This document shows, piece by piece, positions 33,965-41,745 of a stretch of DNA of 64,000 bases. Source of the stretch: Nitrospirota bacterium (GTDB taxonomy: Bacteria > Nitrospirota > Thermodesulfovibrionia > UBA6902); contig JACQXG010000052.1 of the NCBI GenBank assembly GCA_016208905.1, positions 551 through 64,550 of the forward strand. The letters run 5' to 3'. Both the position numbers and the translations under genes were made by a program. Every line of letters starts with the position of its first letter. Positions within the stretch are counted from its first letter, which is position 1. Below the pieces are notes generated by a model, which worked only from the letters and a program-made list of their open reading frames with translations, was not told the origin of the DNA and searched no databases.

Positions 33965-36667
33965 TTACAGGTATTGCTTCAAATACCTGCCGGTATAGGA
34001 TTTCACATGTCCTGCTATCTCCTCAGGTGTTCCTTCAGCAACTATGTGTCCTCCATCATCTCCACCTTCAGGCCCGACATCAATAATCCAGTCGGCGCTT
34101 TTTATAACATCCAGATTGTGCTCAACCAGCAAGACAGTGTTGCCTGCATCAACAAGATTATTGAGAACGGTGAGAAGCTTGCTGATATCATCAGGATGAA
34201 GGCCCACTGTGGGTTCATCGAGTATATAGAGATAGTCTCTTCTTTTCGAAACCCCGAGTTCAGCGCATATTTTGAGTCTTTGGGCTTCACCCCCTGACAG
34301 AGTAGTGGCTGGCTGGCCCAGCCTTAAATAACCGAGTCCGACTGAAGCCATTAATTCTAATTTATTTGTCAGTGAAGGAAGACGCCTGAAAAATTCAAGC
34401 GCTTCATCAATGGTAAGATTAAGGACCTCAAAAATATTTTTATCATTATAAGTAATATTTAAAATTTCCGGTTTATATCTTTTACCGCCGCATTCTTCAC
34501 ATTTTACGTACAAATCTTCAAAGAAATACATCTCAAGCTTCTGGTATCCGGCCCCCGTGCATGCATCACACCTGCCCCCCTCTGTATTGAATGAGAAATG
34601 TCCCGGAGTATATCCGAGCATGCGTGACTGAGGCAGTTCTGCAAAGAGCTTCCGTATCGGATCAAATGCCTTTATATAAGTGACCGGATTAGACCGCGGG
34701 CTTTTGCCGATGGGGTCCTGGTCTATAATCTTCACCCCCTTCAGATATTCAAGCCCTTCAATAGCTTCGAACGGCTGAGACGCCTTAAAATCCTCCTTGA
34801 AAAACCGGGCAAGGGCAGTATAGATCGTGTCTTTAACAATTGTGCTCTTACCTGAGCCCGATACACCCGTCACACAGGTCAATGTCTGAAGAGGAACAGT
34901 AATGTTGATATGTTTAAGATTATTACCACTGGCGTCTTTTATTGTGAGCGCTTTCCCTTCAGCCTTTCGTCTGAAATATGGAACAGGTATTGAGTCCACA
35001 TTGTCAAGGTATCTTGCGGTCAGAGTATCTGATTTGAAAAAATCCGGTTTAGGGCCGGCATATACCAGTCTGCCGCCTTTCTCTCCCCCGCCGGGACCCA
35101 GTTCAACGACCCAGTCAGAAGACTCGATAATAGCCCTGTCATGTTCAACAGCAATGACTGTATTTCCCGCACCGGCAAGCTCTTTTAATATCTCTGCTAC
35201 CCTGCTTACATCTCTCTGATGCAGCCCTACAGTCGGCTCATCCAGCACATAGAGGGTGCCCGTGAGTTTTGACGCAAGCTGATTTGAAAGGTTTATCCTC
35301 TGTGACTCGCCGCCGGAGAGGGACTTAGCTTCACGGTTCAGTGTGAGATATTCGATCCCCACCCGCATAAGAAAATTTATCTTGAGATTAAGCTGCCTGA
35401 GGATTTCAGACGATATCTCTTTCTCCTGTTCCGTGAGGTAAAGGCCTGAGAAGAAATCACTTAATTTTGAGATAGACATATCCGAAAGCCGGGCGATATT
35501 CAGACCTCCTAATTTATATGCCAGTGCCTCCGCTCTCAATCTGTCTCCCTTGCAATGTCTGCACGTTTCAGCTTTCCTGTATCTGCTTAAAAATACCCTG
35601 ACGTGCAGCTTGTAGCGTTTGCCTTCAAGCTCCTGAAAGAAATCATCCAGACCGTAAAAGCCCGGGGCCCCTTTGAATATCAGTTTTTTTGTTTCTTCGG
35701 AGAGATCTTTATACGGGACTTTGAGATTAATGTCATGGGCTTTGGCGGCTTTTGCAAACTGCCTGTACCACCACCGTGCTGCAGGTTTGCTCCACGGCCC
35801 TATTGCGCCTTTTTCGAGAGACAGATCTTTATCGGGGACAATGCAGTCTTCCGAATATGCAAGCGTATTGCCGAACCCCTTGCATTCAGGGCAGGCCCCG
35901 AGGGGATGGTTAAAAGAAAAGAGGAGCGGCTGCGGCTTGGAAATTTCTATATTACAGTCAAGGCATTTCAGCGCCGATTGAAAGTTGAGGTGTTTGGTAT
36001 TTTCTGGTGAGTCGAGGATAATCTCGACCTTTAATTTCTGATGACCGTGTTCCCATGCTGTTTCAATAGAATCAGACAGCCGGGGCTCATCCTTTATAAT
36101 AAGCCTGTCGAGTATGACTTCTAAAGGACCTTGAGTCGTATTGTCCGTTTTACGCACTCTGTGAAAGCCCTTTTTCTGAAGCTCCTCCGCAGTCTCGTCC
36201 GACTCAAATATAATCAGCGCCCTGGCCCCCTCGTAATTTTCAACAAGTTCCCTGACTACGTCAGAGGGAGTCCATGATCTTAAGAGACGGTCACAGTTCG
36301 GACAGTGAGGCCTGGCGATTTTTGAATAAAGGAGACGGATATAATCATAAATTTCCGTCGAGGTGCCGACGGTTGAACGGGATGTTTTGACCGGATTTCT
36401 CTGCTCCAGCGCTATAGCAGGTCTGATGTTGCGTATGGATTCAACATCAGGACGGTCGAGTTTATCAAGGAAGAGTCTGACGTAAGTAGAAAGAGACTCG
36501 ATAAACCTCCATTGGCCCTCGGCAAAGATCGTATCAAATGCCAGAGACGACTTGCCTGAGCCGGATACTCCTGTGATGGTTATGAACGTATTGTGAGGGA
36601 TCCTCAGGCTTATGTTCTTGAGGTTATTCTGTTTTGCCCCTTCAATTATGAGTTCGTTAGCCGACAT
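33965..36667 (-). CDS. uvrA: excinuclease ABC subunit A (UvrA family)
   Basis: 900 aa. Two ABC ATPase modules (GVSGSGKSS twice; LSGGE signatures) are interrupted by CxxC zinc modules (CPNC, CPEC, CRHC, CDAC, CEEC). Confidence 0.8.
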   Translation of the reverse strand: MSANELIIEGAKQNNLKNISLRIPHNTFITITGVSGSGKSSLAFDTIFAEGQWRFIESLSTYVRLFLDKLDRPDVESIRNIRPAIALEQRNPVKTSRSTVGTSTEIYDYIRLLYSKIARPHCPNCDRLLRSWTPSDVVRELVENYEGARALIIFESDETAEELQKKGFHRVRKTDNTTQGPLEVILDRLIIKDEPRLSDSIETAWEHGHQKLKVEIILDSPENTKHLNFQSALKCLDCNIEISKPQPLLFSFNHPLGACPECKGFGNTLAYSEDCIVPDKDLSLEKGAIGPWSKPAARWWYRQFAKAAKAHDINLKVPYKDLSEETKKLIFKGAPGFYGLDDFFQELEGKRYKLHVRVFLSRYRKAETCRHCKGDRLRAEALAYKLGGLNIARLSDMSISKLSDFFSGLYLTEQEKEISSEILRQLNLKINFLMRVGIEYLTLNREAKSLSGGESQRINLSNQLASKLTGTLYVLDEPTVGLHQRDVSRVAEILKELAGAGNTVIAVEHDRAIIESSDWVVELGPGGGEKGGRLVYAGPKPDFFKSDTLTARYLDNVDSIPVPYFRRKAEGKALTIKDASGNNLKHINITVPLQTLTCVTGVSGSGKSTIVKDTIYTALARFFKEDFKASQPFEAIEGLEYLKGVKIIDQDPIGKSPRSNPVTYIKAFDPIRKLFAELPQSRMLGYTPGHFSFNTEGGRCDACTGAGYQKLEMYFFEDLYVKCEECGGKRYKPEILNITYNDKNIFEVLNLTIDEALEFFRRLPSLTNKLELMASVGLGYLRLGQPATTLSGGEAQRLKICAELGVSKRRDYLYILDEPTVGLHPDDISKLLTVLNNLVDAGNTVLLVEHNLDVIKSADWIIDVGPEGGDDGGHIVAEGTPEEIAGHVKSYTGRYLKQYL

Positions 36668-36791
36668 CTGAATATTTTAGCAGTATGCGGGAGGGGTTTG
36701 GAATATGGCCCAGCCAGTGAATTGAATATTGAAGATATTTTAGTTATTATTTATGATCAACTGTCGGTACTCAATATAATTTATATCAAAA

Positions 36792-38492
36792 ATGTCAAAA
36801 ATTCTTGTTGTAGACGATGAAGAGAGTATACGGTTTACCTTTGAAAGCTTCCTCTCGGACAAAGGGCATGAAGTAGTTACTGCCGCAAACTTCGATGATG
36901 CGCTGAGGATAATTTCCGGAGCAGAATTTGACATCATATTCATGGATATCGTTCTGGGAGGCAAGACCGGGATTGACCTTTTAAAGGAAACCAAAAACAT
37001 TAACTCTCGCTGTCCTGTCGTCATGATCACCGGATACCCTAATGTTGAGACCGCATCTGAAGCTCTCCGTCTGGGCGCCTTTGATTATATTTTCAAGCCC
37101 GTTAAGCAGGAAACCCTGATTCATACGACAAATATGGCCCTGAAATATAATTTCCTCCAGAGCGAAAACGAGAAATACCGTTTAAACCTTGAAGCAATCT
37201 TCAGAAGCGTAAAAGATGCCATTATAACCATCGATAAAGATATGTTCATCCTTGAAGTTAACGAAGCTGCAGAAAAGATCTGCGGAGTGCCCCGTGACGC
37301 CATTGGTAAATCCATTGAAACTATTCAGACAGTCTGTAACTGTCATTGCCTCGATACTCTAAAGGAAACCATCCGGAATAAACACGGCCTTGAAGTTCTC
37401 CACGCTGAATGCGGACACAGCGTCAGGCACAAACAGGTCGTAACGTTAAACACATCTCCTCTGATCAGCAGAAAAGGTGAATTCAACGGGGCCGTCATGG
37501 TAGTAAGGGATGAGACCCGCCTTAATGAACTTGAACGTGATCTTGGAGAGCGCAGGAGATTTCATAATATCATCGGACAGAACAGGCAAATGCAGAAGAT
37601 TTACTCTCTTATTGAAGACCTGGCTGATGTACAAACAACCGTATTAATTAGTGGTGAAAGCGGCACCGGGAAAGAGCTGGTAGCTGAAGCAATCCATTAT
37701 AAAGGGAATCGAAGGAGTAAATCTCTTGTGAAAGTAAACTGCTCGGCCTTGTCGGAACACCTGCTTGAAAGCGAACTCTTCGGACATGTCAAAGGGGCAT
37801 TTACCGGAGCAGACAGAGACAAGACGGGAAGGTTCCAGATGGCTGAGGGGGGGACTATATTCCTTGATGAAATCGGTGATCTCGCCCCGCCGATGCAGTT
37901 GCGGTTACTGAGAGTACTGCAGGACAAGGTATTTGAGCGTGTAGGAGATTCTACTCCAATAAAAGCAGATGTTCGCATAATTGCAGCTACAAATCGGGAC
38001 CTGTCAAAAAAAGTCAGGCGCGGCGAGTTCAGGGAAGATCTTTACTATCGTCTGAAAGTCGTTGAAATACTATTACCTCCTCTTCGTGAACGACGTGACG
38101 ATATAATGATGTTAGCAGATTATTTCATTCAAATATTCAATGAAAAATTCAACAAAAAAGTCTCCGCAATATCTGAAAATGTCAAAAAAATCTTTTTGGA
38201 TTACTCATGGCCCGGAAATATCAGGGAACTGGAGCATGCTCTCGAGCATGCTTTTGTTATCGCAAGGCAGAATGCTATTACTGTTGACCTGCTCCCTAAA
38301 AATTTTATTGATCAGCCTGTAAAAAATCAGTCTTCTTCAATAGATGAAGTCGCAATCGGACCTGAAGCCCTTATAGATGCGCTAAAAAAAGCTGGAGGAA
38401 ACAAGTCCAAAGCAGCCAGGCTGCTCGGTATAAATGTACGGACTATCTACAGAAAAATAGAAAAATACAACATCGAGTCAGAAATCCTTTAG
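36792..38492 (+). CDS. sigma-54-dependent response regulator (REC-PAS-AAA+-Fis HTH; NtrC family)
   Basis: 566 aa. REC begins ILVVDDE...D. Walker A is GESGTGKE and the sigma-54 contact loop is GAFTGA. The C-terminal HTH reads AARLLGINVRTIYRKI. Confidence 0.9.
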   Translation: MSKILVVDDEESIRFTFESFLSDKGHEVVTAANFDDALRIISGAEFDIIFMDIVLGGKTGIDLLKETKNINSRCPVVMITGYPNVETASEALRLGAFDYIFKPVKQETLIHTTNMALKYNFLQSENEKYRLNLEAIFRSVKDAIITIDKDMFILEVNEAAEKICGVPRDAIGKSIETIQTVCNCHCLDTLKETIRNKHGLEVLHAECGHSVRHKQVVTLNTSPLISRKGEFNGAVMVVRDETRLNELERDLGERRRFHNIIGQNRQMQKIYSLIEDLADVQTTVLISGESGTGKELVAEAIHYKGNRRSKSLVKVNCSALSEHLLESELFGHVKGAFTGADRDKTGRFQMAEGGTIFLDEIGDLAPPMQLRLLRVLQDKVFERVGDSTPIKADVRIIAATNRDLSKKVRRGEFREDLYYRLKVVEILLPPLRERRDDIMMLADYFIQIFNEKFNKKVSAISENVKKIFLDYSWPGNIRELEHALEHAFVIARQNAITVDLLPKNFIDQPVKNQSSSIDEVAIGPEALIDALKKAGGNKSKAARLLGINVRTIYRKIEKYNIESEIL

Positions 38493-38527
38493 TGAACTAT
38501 GTTCTCTGACGTGATAAATTCCGAAAA

Positions 38528-38575
38528 GCATGACATGTCATGCTTTAGTGACAGCATTTAATCATGACATGTCAT
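38528..38575. promoter_or_regulatory. pair of TGACATGTCA-core palindromes (candidate upstream activator sites)
   Basis: GCATGACATGTCATGC (38528-38543) is a perfect 16-bp palindrome. ATGACATGTCAT (38564-38575) is a perfect 12-bp palindrome. Centre-to-centre distance is about 34 bp. Confidence 0.5.
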
Positions 38576-38753
38576 ATATCTTCCCTTTCTTAATTATCTC
38601 ACTTGATTACCACTAATAACTGTTAATTCACTCACAGGCATTATACGGACCCTGTTCCAGAATCTTTAAAATTAATATGTTAACGATCCGGAAGCAACTT
38701 CAGCCCGGATAATATTGGACATATGCGTCCATCCTGGTTTTATTTTCTGATCA

Positions 38754-38769
38754 TGGCACAATTCTTGAT
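38754..38769 (+). promoter_or_regulatory. sigma-54 (-24/-12)-like promoter candidate
   Basis: TGGCAC-AATTC-TTGAT compared with the consensus TGGCAC-N5-TTGCW. The -24 element is perfect, but the -12 element has GA in place of GC. It lies about 180 bp downstream of the palindromes and about 180 bp upstream of ATG 38952. Confidence 0.35.
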
Positions 38770-38951
38770 ATATGTATTTCCATCAGTTGTACTTCGCACA
38801 AAATTATTCGTAAATAGTCAAGGTCTGACATGCATTTATCAAACAAGGGAACTGTCATAACAGATAATTGTCCCAATTTATTTAAATGGGCCGGATGGAG
38901 ATATTCATTCTTCAAAATGAGATATCAAAACTGGGAAGGAGAGGAAAATTA

Positions 38952-39137
38952 ATGGCGGGAAATCATAAATGCCCGAATCTGGTGGAACAATTGGAGTGGG
39001 TGATATTGTTATGTAAGAAAGGCGACCATCCATATACGCCGGACTTTTCCGAATTGAAGCAATTTTGTAAAAACAGGGACTATATGAGATGCCCTTTTTT
39101 CACCCCGTTAGAGAAAGTCCACACCATGAAAAATTAA
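38952..39137 (+). CDS. small 4-Cys protein (61 aa), function unknown
   Basis: I set the start at ATG 38952, after GGAAGGAGAGG. The sequence is MAGNHKCPNLVEQLEWVILLCKKG...QFCKNRDYMRCPFF. Confidence 0.5.
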   Translation: MAGNHKCPNLVEQLEWVILLCKKGDHPYTPDFSELKQFCKNRDYMRCPFFTPLEKVHTMKN

Positions 39138-39178
39138 TTTTGTACTGTGTAAAAAGAATATTGTGGGAATATAAATAA

Positions 39179-39361
39179 ATGTCTTATGAAATCAAAAAAA
39201 AGCTATGCCCATTAGTTAAAAAACCTTTAAGTGAGTGTTACTGTTTTGAACTTAACAGTAAGAATATAAATTCAGCAATCCGGTATTGCAGTGAATGTTA
39301 TGAATCCTGCGAGATCTATAAAAAACAATTAGCCCAGGGAAAATCTTATGAAAGATATTGA
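39179..39361 (+). CDS. small 6-Cys protein (60 aa), possibly paralogous to the preceding gene
   Basis: The sequence is MSYEIKKKLCPLVKKPLSECYCFEL...RYCSECYESCEIY. It shares a K-x-CP-LV start and a (F/Y)C...C..(F/Y) tail with the 61-aa protein. Confidence 0.45.
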   Translation: MSYEIKKKLCPLVKKPLSECYCFELNSKNINSAIRYCSECYESCEIYKKQLAQGKSYERY

Positions 39362-39368
39362 GTAACCA

Positions 39369-39725
39369 GTGAACACTTATACGGCTATGAACAAAAATAT
39401 AAATTTTACATTTAAACAGTTCGATAATGTGGGAATATTTAATCTCTTCGGGGAACTGACAGCAGAATATCAGGATGAGTTAAAATTGCTTCTCATGAGG
39501 GCAATATACGGCATGGACCGGGCAGTCCTGAATCTGAAAAAAGTCACCAGTATTGACTTCACATGTTTAAACTTGCTTAGAAATGCATATTGTGCATCAA
39601 TTCGTCTCAAGAATCCTTTAATTCTGACGGAAGTCCCGGTGATTTACTTAAACGAAATTTATACTTGTGAGACAATAAATACCCCGGAGACCAACCGGTT
39701 TCCGGAGTATTTATTGTCTAATTAA
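39369..39725 (+). CDS. STAS-domain protein (anti-sigma-factor-antagonist-like)
   Basis: 118 aa from a GTG start (an alternative ATG is at 39387). The pattern FNLFGELTAEYQDELKLLL...AVLNLKKVTSIDFTCLNLL fits the SpoIIAA/STAS fold. No conserved phospho-Ser context could be verified. Confidence 0.5.
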   Translation: MNTYTAMNKNINFTFKQFDNVGIFNLFGELTAEYQDELKLLLMRAIYGMDRAVLNLKKVTSIDFTCLNLLRNAYCASIRLKNPLILTEVPVIYLNEIYTCETINTPETNRFPEYLLSN

Positions 39726-39958
39726 TGAATAGAGGAATAAGTATGGGATGCAGGAGTCTTGCAGAAGCAGTCATTCTTCAGTCTATGGAAGATCTATGGA
39801 GTCCGTATCACAGAGAAGAAAGCAAGGAGTTCTTCAAAGGAGAGGGTTTTAAAATATTTGCAAAAATTGCAGATTTAAATTCATTGAAACAATTAAAAAT
39901 CACACATATTTCAGGGGGGAAGAATAATGATAGAACAGTTAGAGCAAATAGAGCTTAA
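39725..39958 (+). CDS. hypothetical small protein (77 aa, or 71 aa from ATG 39743)
   Basis: The start overlaps the STAS stop (TAATG). The 3' end overlaps the rpoD start by 32 nt. I recognised no domain. Confidence 0.4.
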   Translation: MNRGISMGCRSLAEAVILQSMEDLWSPYHREESKEFFKGEGFKIFAKIADLNSLKQLKITHISGGKNNDRTVRANRA

Positions 39959-41591
39959 AGATGCCATATATGATAATAGTATTATTGATGACAGAGAATA
40001 CTCGAACCGTGAAACAAGAAAAAACACTGCCTTAAGTAACTATTCTTCTGACGACCCCATCAAAATGTATCTTCGGGACATGGAGTCACTGCCGCTTCTC
40101 AGTAAAGAGCATGAAGTTGAAGTTGCCAGGGCAATAGAATCTATAAAAGGGAAAATAGAAGAGATTATTTTCCAGTCTCCTTTTATCATCGAACAGATGC
40201 TTGATCTCCCAATCCTGTTAAAAGAAAAGAAAGTATCAATAACAAATATTTTCTCCATTGAAAAGATTGATATGAGCCGGATTAAACCTGACGAAGCCGG
40301 GGCACAGGCTGAGTTGACATTTCCGCATCAAGACTCCTCCTATACTCGACTGCGGGAGATATCCAAAACAGACAAGACCAATATTCTGGAAAATATTTTA
40401 AATACATTCAAATCTTTAAAATATCTTGTCCGGAAAAGAGGTTCTTTTATTCACCAATTGTCAGGCATGAAAACAGACAGAAGCAAGTCAGAAAAAATAA
40501 AAGCCCAGCTATCGGACATTAACTCTAAAATAATCAATAAAATTTCTGTGCTTCAATTGAAAGACAAAGTAGTTGAGAAATTATTGATACAATTCAAGAA
40601 TGCGGCAAGACGCTACATTTACTTAAACAACGAGATATGCAATCCCCCGAAAAATATTTATATACGGGCTGAAAAAATAAAAAATAAATCTTTCAACAGC
40701 AAAGCACATTCTGAAAATCATTTCGTTGAAATCATGAAGCACTCCAACATCTTAAAAAAGATCAAAGAGGAAAAGATTTCTTTAGAATCAAAACTCGGAC
40801 TTAAAGGGACCAATGTAGAAAAAGCGTTAAATTCACTTCTTGACAATGAAGAGAAACTTAACGCCGCAAAAAAACTGCTGACAGAGTCCAATCTGCGGCT
40901 TGTAATAAGTATTGCAAGAAGATATATCGGGAGAGGGCTCACTTTATCCGATCTTATTCAGGAGGGCAACATAGGCCTGATGAGGGCAGTTGATAAATTC
41001 GATTACAAAAAAGGCTACAAATTCAGCACCTATGCTACATGGTGGATAAAACAATCTATTACGCGGGCCCTTGCAGATCAGGCAAGGACAATAAGAATTC
41101 CGGTGCATATGATAGAAACCATCAACAGGCTGACGCAGGTAACAAAGCACCTTGTGCAGGATTACGGCAGAGAGCCCTCTTTAGAGGAAATCGGCAAGCA
41201 TATGGGACTTTCTCTCGATAAAGTCAGGTCCATCCTCAAGATATGCAAGGAACCTATCTCCCTGGAAACTCCGATAGGGAGTGATGATGACAGTCATATT
41301 GAAGACTTTATCGAAGATAAAGCATCACTGGTCCCTTTAGACACGGTCATACAGCAGGAACTGAAAACACAAGTAAGAAAAGTCATTGAATCTCTTACCA
41401 GTAAAGAGGCCGAAATTATAACAAAACGTTTCGGCATCGGAGATGACGTCTCGCTCACACTCGAAGAAGTAGGCAAACATTTCAAGGTCACACGGGAGCG
41501 GATTAGACAATTGGAAGGAAAGGCTTTAAGAAAGTTAAGACATCCGCAGAGAAGCCATTCTCTTAGAATTTTCCTGGAAAAGAACAACTGA
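39927..41591 (+). CDS. rpoD: primary RNA polymerase sigma factor (sigma-70/RpoD)
   Basis: 554 aa. Region 1.2 is [10 protein letters not shown], region 2 is [13 protein letters not shown], and region 4.2 is [30 protein letters not shown]. The RBS GGGGGGAAG lies upstream. Confidence 0.9.
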   Translation: MIEQLEQIELKDAIYDNSIIDDREYSNRETRKNTALSNYSSDDPIKMYLRDMESLPLLSKEHEVEVARAIESIKGKIEEIIFQSPFIIEQMLDLPILLKEKKVSITNIFSIEKIDMSRIKPDEAGAQAELTFPHQDSSYTRLREISKTDKTNILENILNTFKSLKYLVRKRGSFIHQLSGMKTDRSKSEKIKAQLSDINSKIINKISVLQLKDKVVEKLLIQFKNAARRYIYLNNEICNPPKNIYIRAEKIKNKSFNSKAHSENHFVEIMKHSNILKKIKEEKISLESKLGLKGTNVEKALNSLLDNEEKLNAAKKLLTESNLRLVISIARRYIGRGLTLSDLIQEGNIGLMRAVDKFDYKKGYKFSTYATWWIKQSITRALADQARTIRIPVHMIETINRLTQVTKHLVQDYGREPSLEEIGKHMGLSLDKVRSILKICKEPISLETPIGSDDDSHIEDFIEDKASLVPLDTVIQQELKTQVRKVIESLTSKEAEIITKRFGIGDDVSLTLEEVGKHFKVTRERIRQLEGKALRKLRHPQRSHSLRIFLEKNN

Positions 41592-41599
41592 GTTTTTCA

Positions 41600-41732
41600 G
41601 GAACAAAGGCACAAAGGGACGGAGGCACAAAGGGGAATAAACTGCATTAATTATCCTAATTTCTGTGTCTTTAGTTTTACACTTTGTGCCTCTGTCCCTT
41701 TGCCCCTTTGCCCCTTTGTTCCTTTGCCCCTG
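41600..41732. repeat. inverted pair of octamer arrays (GNRCAAAG; 4 units and 6 units) around a loop of about 43 nt
   Basis: The left arm (41600-41636) reads GAACAAAG GCACAAAG GGACGGAG GCACAAAG. The reverse complement of the right arm (41680-41732) reads GGGCAAAG GAACAAAG GGGCAAAG GGGCAAAG GGACAGAG GCACAAAG. Confidence 0.75.
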
Positions 41733-41745
41733 TTATAATTACTGC

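Noticed and set aside
33965-36667. Idea that the 900-aa UvrA is a UvrB-independent class II paralogue (drug-resistance type)
   Set aside because: A segment of about 110 aa lies between the first zinc-module halves (CPNC…CLDC), consistent with a UvrB-binding domain, and all three zinc modules appear present. Without an alignment I cannot support a paralogue call.
39725-39958. Possibility that the 77-aa ORF is a frameshifted sigma-70 region 1.1
   Set aside because: Its sequence is not acidic and has a basic tail, so it does not resemble region 1.1. rpoD also has its own good RBS and start at 39927.
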